Assembly: GCA_041649715.1 (NCBI GenBank)
Contig: JBAZMP010000002.1
Location: 132,964 to 196,963, forward strand
Direction of reading: 5' to 3'
From: Patescibacteria group bacterium
GTDB taxonomy: Bacteria; Patescibacteriota; Patescibacteriia; JAXHNJ01
DNA length: 64,000 nucleotides
Of the stretch, positions 53,876 to 59,612 are shown piece by piece (within the stretch, counting starts at the first letter, position 1; each line of letters starts with the position of its first letter). Under the pieces are notes generated by a model, which made no database searches, was not told where the DNA came from, and saw only the letters and a program-made list of their open reading frames with translations. A program made the translations under genes and the position numbers.

Positions 53876-55681
53876 ATGCCAGATTCGCAAGTAGACGAAA
53901 TAAAACAGCGTCTTAATATCGCCGAAGTTATTGGCGAATACATCAAGTTGACGCCGGCGGGGACGAATTTTAAGGCGAGGTGCCCGTTTCACAACGAAAA
54001 GACGCCTTCTTTTATGGTCTCTACCGATAAGCAGATCTGGCATTGCTTCGGCTGCGACAAAGGCGGGGACATTTTCACTTTTGTCCAGGAGATCGAAGGA
54101 GTCGATTTTCCGGAAGCCCTGGGGATTTTGGCCAAAAAAGCCGGCGTAAAACTGGTCGCCCGGAATCCTCTCGTGGCCAGTCAGAAGACGAAGCTTTTGG
54201 AAATCATAAAATGGGCGGCTGCTTATTATTACAAAACATTGCTGGATTCGCCGCGGGCGGATAAGGCCCGCGCCTATCTGAAAAGCCGGGGAGTGAGCGA
54301 AGAGATGATCGATGATTTTAAATTAGGCTACGCCCTTATGGATTGGGAAAACCTGAATAATTTTTTGAAGAAGAAGGGCTATGCCGAAGAGGATATCTTT
54401 TTGGCCGGCCTGACCATCAAAAAAGAAAGAGGGGTGGGTTTTTATGACCGTTTCCGCGGCCGCCTTCTTTTTCCCATTGCCAATGTTCACGGCGAGATCA
54501 TCGGTTTTTCCGGCCGCCTTATCGAACAAGAGGAAGGCAAGGAAATGGCCAAATATATCAATACACCCAATACTTTGGTCTATAACAAAAGCCAGGTCCT
54601 TTTCGGGCTGGATAAGGCCAAGACCGCGATCAAAGAAAACAAATTGGCGATTTTGGTGGAGGGGAACATGGATGTCTTGTCTTCTTATCAGGCGGGAGTG
54701 AAAAACGTGGTCGGTTCTTCGGGTACGGCTTTGACCGCGGAACAGGTGGGCCTTTTAAAACGTTACAGCCCGAACTTCGCTTTTTGTTTTGACACGGATG
54801 CGGCCGGCCAGCAGGCGACGTTAAGGGGCCTGGAGGAGGTTTTTAAACAGGGAGTGAATATCAAGATTATTGAACTGCCTTTTGGCAAGGATCCGGACGA
54901 ATGCATCAAAAAAGACAAAGATTTATGGGTGAAAGCGGCGCAAGAAGCGAAATCAGTGATGGAATATTATTTTTCCCTGGCGGAGAAAAAATTTGATTTT
55001 ACCCAGCTGGAAGATAAAAAAGAGGCGGCCAAATTGCTTCTTTCTTTGATTTCCAAACTGACCGATTCCATCGAACAGACACATTATCTGCAGAAACTAA
55101 GCGGTTTGATCCGGGTGGAAGAGAATATTCTGCGTGACAGCCTGAACAAAATTATCAGGCAGAAGAAATATTCTTCCGAGGGCGGAACGGAAGGAGCCAA
55201 GCCCTTTGCGCCTAAGAACAAGGAGAAAAATTTAATGCTCAGCGAGATGATCCTAGGGCTGGGCCTAAAGTTCAGTCAAGAACTGCCCCACATCATAAAC
55301 AGCTTAAAAGCCGAGGCGGTCCATGATTCTCTCCACTCTCTTTACAAAAGACTGATAATTTATTATAATCAGAAGCACGAGCTAAATTTAGAGGAATTCA
55401 GGTCTGAAGCGCGGGAGGCGGATCCTGATTTTGGCCAAAAAATTGATTATTTACTTCTTTTGGCGGAAAAAGAGCTTGCCGAAGAGCCGGATGAAAAATG
55501 GCTGGAAAACGAAAGAAAAGAAATGGTTAAATCATTGAATAAAGAACATATCACCGGCCAGATCAAAGAGCTTAGTTTAAAAATAAAAGAGTCGGAAAAA
55601 ATGCAGGATAAGGCGTCATTAGTCCAATTATATCAGGAATTCAGCCAATTAACCGAAGAATTAAAAAATCTTCGCTCTTAA
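53876..55681 (+). CDS. dnaG: DNA primase
   Basis: CHC2 zinc finger 'CPFHNEKTPSFMVSTDKQIWHCFGCDKGGDIFTF'. Toprim 'LVEGNMDVLS' and 'CFDTDAAGQQA'. Confidence 0.95.
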   Translation: MPDSQVDEIKQRLNIAEVIGEYIKLTPAGTNFKARCPFHNEKTPSFMVSTDKQIWHCFGCDKGGDIFTFVQEIEGVDFPEALGILAKKAGVKLVARNPLVASQKTKLLEIIKWAAAYYYKTLLDSPRADKARAYLKSRGVSEEMIDDFKLGYALMDWENLNNFLKKKGYAEEDIFLAGLTIKKERGVGFYDRFRGRLLFPIANVHGEIIGFSGRLIEQEEGKEMAKYINTPNTLVYNKSQVLFGLDKAKTAIKENKLAILVEGNMDVLSSYQAGVKNVVGSSGTALTAEQVGLLKRYSPNFAFCFDTDAAGQQATLRGLEEVFKQGVNIKIIELPFGKDPDECIKKDKDLWVKAAQEAKSVMEYYFSLAEKKFDFTQLEDKKEAAKLLLSLISKLTDSIEQTHYLQKLSGLIRVEENILRDSLNKIIRQKKYSSEGGTEGAKPFAPKNKEKNLMLSEMILGLGLKFSQELPHIINSLKAEAVHDSLHSLYKRLIIYYNQKHELNLEEFRSEAREADPDFGQKIDYLLLLAEKELAEEPDEKWLENERKEMVKSLNKEHITGQIKELSLKIKESEKMQDKASLVQLYQEFSQLTEELKNLRS

Positions 55682-55722
55682 GCTAACTAAAATCCCAAAG
55701 GTAAGTTAGGTATTTTTACTTT

Positions 55723-56910
55723 ATGTCCAGGCAGGCAAAAAAGAAGAATAAATCAAAAAAATCTTTTAATAAAAAAAAGGCCGCTAAACCAAGAAAGACG
55801 CCGAAAGAGAAGTATCTAAAGGCGGATTTTCCCCGGGAAAAAATCGAAGATTTGATCAATAAGGGCCGTTCGCGCGGTTTTATCACCGAGACGGAGGTTC
55901 TTTATGTTTTGCCGGATTTAGAGGATTATTTGTTGGAATACGAGCAATTGATGGATAAATTTGAAAATCTCGGCATTGTCATCGTGGAATCGCCGACCTC
56001 TATTTTAGCGACAAAAAAAGAAAAGGAAGAATACCAGGAAAAATTCGGGCACGGGAAGGACGCCCGCCGTTTTGACCTGGGCGACATTTCCGATGATTCC
56101 ATCCAGATGTATTTAAGGGAAATCGGCAAAGTCCATCTTTTAAAGACGGAAGAAGAGGTCAGTCTGGCCAAAAGGAAGGAAAAGGGGGACATGGAAGCGC
56201 AAAAAAAACTCGTGGAAGCGAATTTGCGTTTAGTGGTGTCCATCGCCAAAAAATTTACCGGCCGTTCATTGTCCCTGTTGGATTTGATTCAGGAGGGCAA
56301 TATCGGTTTATTCCGGGCCGTGGAAAAATTTGATTATCGCAAGGGCTATAAATTTTCCACTTATGCCACCTGGTGGATCAGGCAGGCGATCACCCGGGCG
56401 CTGGCCGATCAATCCCGCACCATCCGTATTCCCGTTCATATGGTGGAGACGATAAATCGTTTCCAGCAGGTGGAAAGACAATTGATTCAGGATCTGGGCC
56501 GCGAGCCCCTGCCGGAAGAGATTGCCGCCGAAATGGGCGAACCGGTGGAAAAAATCCGCCACATCATCAATATTTCCCAGGATACTGTCTCTTTGGAAAC
56601 CTCGGTGGGCGACGAAGAAGAAGATTCCACTTTGGGTGACTTTATCGAAGACGTAAAAACCATCACGCCGGACCGGGTGGCCGCTTTACAACTCCTGAAG
56701 GATCACGTAAAAGATATTATCAAGGAATTGACCCCCCGCGAGCAGAAGATATTGGAAATGCGTTTTGGATTGCTTGACGGCGTGGCCCATACCTTGGAGG
56801 AAGTAGGCAAGGAATTCGGGGTGACTCGCGAAAGGATCCGCCAGATCGAGGCCAAGGCTTTGGAGAGAATCCAGGAACATCACGGGATGAGAAAGCTGAA
56901 GGATTACTAA
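55723..56910 (+). CDS. rpoD: RNA polymerase sigma factor RpoD
   Basis: Region 2 '[39 protein letters not shown]'. Region 4 '[24 protein letters not shown]'. Confidence 0.96.
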   Translation: MSRQAKKKNKSKKSFNKKKAAKPRKTPKEKYLKADFPREKIEDLINKGRSRGFITETEVLYVLPDLEDYLLEYEQLMDKFENLGIVIVESPTSILATKKEKEEYQEKFGHGKDARRFDLGDISDDSIQMYLREIGKVHLLKTEEEVSLAKRKEKGDMEAQKKLVEANLRLVVSIAKKFTGRSLSLLDLIQEGNIGLFRAVEKFDYRKGYKFSTYATWWIRQAITRALADQSRTIRIPVHMVETINRFQQVERQLIQDLGREPLPEEIAAEMGEPVEKIRHIINISQDTVSLETSVGDEEEDSTLGDFIEDVKTITPDRVAALQLLKDHVKDIIKELTPREQKILEMRFGLLDGVAHTLEEVGKEFGVTRERIRQIEAKALERIQEHHGMRKLKDY

Positions 56911-56927
56911 TAATTAGTACCCAAAGC

Positions 56928-56999
56928 TCCGCGATAGCTCAATGGTAGAGCAACCGGCTGTTAACCGGTAGGTTGTCGGTCCGAATCCGACTCGCGGAG
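56928..56999 (+). tRNA. tRNA-Asn(GTT)-like gene with non-canonical T-loop (TCCGAAT)
   Basis: TCCGCGA ta GCTC aatggta GAGC a ACCGG ctGTTaa CCGGT aggtt GTCGG tccgaat CCGAC TCGCGGA g. Position 55 is C instead of the near-universal U. Flanked by TACCCAAAGC / GCTTTGGGTA. Confidence 0.7.
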
Positions 57000-57020
57000 C
57001 TTTGGGTATTTTATTTATTT

Positions 57021-57222
57021 ATGGTATCCCTGGTTGCCGCTGCAACCGGGACCCCGGCGCGAAGCGCCAGGGGGAGCAGCCGGCTGTTAACCGGTAGAGT
57101 CTGTCCTGAGTGGCAACGAAGGATTGTCGGTCCTGCGCCCGAGGCGCACCCGCCTTGGGCGGGGAATCCGACTCGCCCCGTACCAAAGCGCTTGCGCTTT
57201 GGTACGGGGCTCGCGGAGCTGG
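57021..57222 (+). pseudogene. second tRNA-Asn-like copy broken into four blocks by GC-rich hairpin insertions
   Basis: Blocks 57074-57097 (23/24 match to copy 1), 57124-57133, 57164-57176 and 57210-57220. They are separated by inserts of 26, 30 and 33 nt. The 5' part is replaced by hairpins. Confidence 0.55.
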
Positions 57223-57254
57223 CGAGATTATTTTTTTGTCGTCTAGCCAGAATT

Positions 57255-57290
57255 AAAAAGCCCCTTTTAGCAAAAGGGGCCTAGTTTTTG
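57255..57290. terminator. bidirectional terminator
   Basis: AAAAAGCCCCTTTT-agc-AAAAGGGGCCTAGTTTTT. Confidence 0.7.
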
Positions 57291-57295
57291 GGGGA

Positions 57296-57622
57296 TTATG
57301 CTCCCAATATCTGATGACGAGGCAAGAGCTTTTTCAGGAGAGCAGGCGTCGCATTTTCCAGCTGGAAAGCCTGGCGGAAAGGTTTCGCAATCTTGGGGTG
57401 AAAAAGGCTCAAGACTTCTTCCAGACTGCCTTCTCTTCGGGTTCCCCCGTGCTCGGGATCTTGAGCGATGGCCACGAAAGATTTTTCTTGCCGGGTGATG
57501 GAGATGGTAAGGCAAGGTTCCAGATTCCAGAGGGTATATTCCTCGATTTCGACCACTTGGCCGTTTATTACCTGGATGGTATCCGGTGGCAGTTTTGCCC
57601 TATCGGCTAATCCTGGTTCCAT
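57296..57622 (-). CDS. hypothetical protein
   Basis: Strong RBS 'GAGAGGAGGAAAT' before the ATG on the minus strand. The overlapping plus-strand ORFs lack one. Confidence 0.6.
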   Translation of the reverse strand: MEPGLADRAKLPPDTIQVINGQVVEIEEYTLWNLEPCLTISITRQEKSFVAIAQDPEHGGTRREGSLEEVLSLFHPKIAKPFRQAFQLENATPALLKKLLPRHQILGA

Positions 57623-57706
57623 ATTTCCTCCTCTCGAGTTTGGGCGGAAAGAACGAATTTATAAGGTATCTAGATGTTATTAAAATAAGATACATTTGTC
57701 AATATC

Positions 57707-57736
57707 TTGACAAATGCGGCTCATTTGCTCTAAGAT
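57707..57736 (+). promoter_or_regulatory. promoter TTGACA-N18-TAAGAT
   Basis: TTGACA 57707-57712, TAAGAT 57731-57736. Confidence 0.55.
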
Positions 57737-57746
57737 GTAATTACTT

Positions 57747-57803
57747 ATGAAACTTGCGAAGCAAAATCTGAATAACAATAATAACCGTCTTTTGGCCGGG
57801 TGA
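57747..57803 (+). CDS. candidate 18-codon leader ORF MKLAKQNLNNNNNRLLAG (six Asn codons)
   Basis: ATG about 4-10 nt after the predicted TSS, with no SD. Codons AAT CTG AAT AAC AAT AAT AAC. The 3' end GGCCGGG is complementary to the terminator 5' arm. Confidence 0.35.
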   Translation: MKLAKQNLNNNNNRLLAG

Positions 57804-57832
57804 GTTTCATTTAATTTGTAATTATGAGGAAA

Positions 57833-57857
57833 CCCGGCCAAATGAGCCGGTTTTTTT
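57833..57857 (+). terminator. intrinsic terminator (attenuator candidate)
   Basis: CCGGC-caaatga-GCCGG followed by TTTTTTT. CCCGGCC (57833-57839) can alternatively pair with GGCCGGG (57794-57800). Confidence 0.75.
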
Positions 57858-57867
57858 GTTTATAGCC

Positions 57868-58148
57868 GGGCGCCGCGCTCAGGGGTAGTTGAGCTGGTAC
57901 CCCGCATAACTCACTGTGTTCGTATGCGGGGCAGGCAACGCCGGTAATATATTTTAATGATTATTCCAGCTCTCCTGTAGTTTAATTGGTAAAACGCTGC
58001 ACTGTTAATGCAGAGATTGGAGGTTCGAGTCCTCCTGGGAGAGCTGGGATAATCATTGTAGCACTGCTTGTCCCGTAGGAACAGAAAGCGACTTACGGGA
58101 TTAATGCGGAGACCGCTGGTTCGAATCCAGCCCCCTGAGCGCGGCGCC
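57868..58148 (+). pseudogene. degenerate tRNA(Asn-like) gene interrupted by hairpins and by a complete nested tRNA-Asn cassette
   Basis: 18-bp closing helix GGGCGCCGCGCTCAGGGG / CCCCTGAGCGCGGCGCC. 5' block 'tcaggggtagttgagctggta'. 3' blocks 'gcactg' + 'ttaatgcggagacc GCTGG ttcgaat CCAGC cccctga g'. Hairpins at 57900-57931 and 58071-58100. Confidence 0.55.
57971..58043 (+). tRNA. tRNA-Asn(GTT), canonical
   Basis: TCTCCTG ta GTTT aattggta AAAC g CTGCA ctGTTaa TGCAG agatt GGAGG ttcgagt CCTCC TGGGAGA g. Closely resembles E. coli tRNA-Asn. Flanked by GATTATTCCAGC / GCTGGGATAATC. Confidence 0.93.
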
Positions 58149-58294
58149 AGTGTTTCGTCTGTCCGTCGAAACCCTGAAAGGGTGAAGGCGGAAGCCCACC
58201 TGGAGGAGCCAAATATTATTTAAATATTTGGTAGAAAAGAAAAACGCCCCACGAAGCGACAATTGTTTTGTGCTTTGTCGGGCGTGTACTGAGA

Positions 58295-58510
58295 TCAGGC
58301 TTGTGCCTTCCCCTTTCTTTTTTCTTTGTATTCGTCGAGGTTTTCGGCGAGAAATACCCACTTTTCTTCGCCTGTATTTATGATGCCCCCAGATTCTTTG
58401 CGATAAACCGCTTTACAGGCCTTGCATGCTTTTACTCTTCCGAATCCTCCGCAACCGCCGCTTTCGAGATGTTCCCAATCACTTTTTCCACACTTTGGGC
58501 AAAATTCCAT
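58295..58510 (-). CDS. small zinc-ribbon protein
   Basis: RBS 'GAAGGGAGGG'. 'CPKCG...CKACKAVY'. Confidence 0.6.
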   Translation of the reverse strand: MEFCPKCGKSDWEHLESGGCGGFGRVKACKACKAVYRKESGGIINTGEEKWVFLAENLDEYKEKRKGKAQA

Positions 58511-58629
58511 GATTTACCCTCCCTTCAATTAGTTACAGTTAGGTGAATTCCATATCTAATGTACAGTTAATATGTAAATTTATTATATCTACATTAATTT
58601 GTCAAGTTCCCGCAGCTCGGCGCCTTTAG

Positions 58630-58658
58630 TTGACAAGTCTTATTAACCAAATTAAAAT
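58630..58658 (+). promoter_or_regulatory. promoter TTGACA-N17-TAAAAT
   Basis: TTGACA 58630-58635, TAAAAT 58653-58658. Confidence 0.6.
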
Positions 58659-58698
58659 AGTTAATCAAGATAAGCCTTTTTTATTCAAAGGAGTGGTC

Positions 58699-58935
58699 AT
58701 GTCAAAAAAGAAAAATAGGGGAAGTCTCCAAAAGCTTGGCGGTACGATCGGCAGCCGGAAACACGGGAAAAGCGGCCATGTTCATAATGAACAGCATTTT
58801 ACAGGCACGAAGGCCGGGAAAAGGCAGCGCCGAAACCGGAGAAAGAGCAAAAAGGGAAGCGAGGCTTTTTCTCTCACGCGCAAGGAAAGGCACGCCAAGA
58901 GAAGAACGCACGTGAACAAATACCGGACAAATTAA
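58699..58935 (+). CDS. small, extremely basic protein
   Basis: RBS 'AAAGGAGTGG'. 78 aa rich in K/R/H. Terminator at 58942-58972. Confidence 0.55.
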   Translation: MSKKKNRGSLQKLGGTIGSRKHGKSGHVHNEQHFTGTKAGKRQRRNRRKSKKGSEAFSLTRKERHAKRRTHVNKYRTN

Positions 58936-58941
58936 TTCCGG

Positions 58942-58972
58942 ACCGCTGGCTCTTGCCGTCAGCGGTTTTTTC
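58942..58972 (+). terminator. intrinsic terminator
   Basis: ACCGCTG-gctcttgccgt-CAGCGGT followed by TTTTTT. Confidence 0.7.
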
Positions 58973-59000
58973 TTATTCAGAAATATGTTAGAATAATTAT

Positions 59001-59462
59001 ATGGACCCAAACGCCATTAATTTTTTAAGAGATTCGCTGGCTCACCACCATAATTTGAGGAATTCTTTGGACGGCAAAGCCTCTTTTTTATTGGCCATTG
59101 CCGGGGTGGTTTTCGGCTTAAGCGTTATCAGACTGGAAAAAGTCCAGTTTGTGGTGATTGCCATTACCGCTTTTCTGACCATTCTTTTGACGGTCTTCGC
59201 CGTCTTTCTGCCTTACCGCGGGAAAATGAAAGAGAAAATCGGCCTGATGTGCTGGTGGGGTTTCGCCGGAAAAAGTTATGAAAGCTACCAGGAAGAAGTT
59301 AATCGAGTTATTAAAACTGACGAAGCGATTGCCGACGAATATAAGAAGGAGATCTGGAATCTGGCCAATTATTCTCTAAGACCGAAGTCAGTCTTGCTGA
59401 AATGGGCGAGTTTCGTTCTGACGGTCGGGCTTTTGGCCGGGTTTGTTCTGTTTTTCGTTTAA
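59001..59462 (+). CDS. 3-TM protein, DUF5706 / Pycsar-effector (PycTM)-like
   Basis: 'HHHNLRNSLDGKASFLLAIAGVVFGL' followed by a second TM and a C-terminal TM. The pattern was recalled from memory and was not searched. Confidence 0.45.
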   Translation: MDPNAINFLRDSLAHHHNLRNSLDGKASFLLAIAGVVFGLSVIRLEKVQFVVIAITAFLTILLTVFAVFLPYRGKMKEKIGLMCWWGFAGKSYESYQEEVNRVIKTDEAIADEYKKEIWNLANYSLRPKSVLLKWASFVLTVGLLAGFVLFFV

Positions 59463-59612
59463 ATAATAGAATCAAAATAGCCGAATTTTAGGGCTATTTT
59501 TTTGTTTGACTAAAAATCATTCTTATGGTAAGAAACATTAACGCCCTTTGACAGTTTTATAATTTTTCAAGTCACAAAACACAGAAATCTTCAAGAAAAC
59601 AAGGAGGTGGAG

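Noticed and set aside
56973-57284. 103-aa plus-strand ORF
   Set aside because: It is composed entirely of the 3' end of a tRNA gene plus the hairpin-interrupted tRNA copy. It has no RBS and starts inside the tRNA.
57298-57683. Plus-strand ORFs 57298..57498, 57314..57610 and 57468..57683
   Set aside because: They overlap the minus-strand ORF 57296..57622. That is the only one with a strong RBS (GAGAGGAGGAAAT-ATG) and a terminator immediately downstream.
57868-58148. Possible tmRNA (tRNA-like ends around a long insert)
   Set aside because: The acceptor lacks the G3:U70 alanine identity pair. There is no resume codon, tag ORF or pseudoknot series. The 3' end is not followed by ACCA. The interior contains a complete canonical tRNA-Asn.
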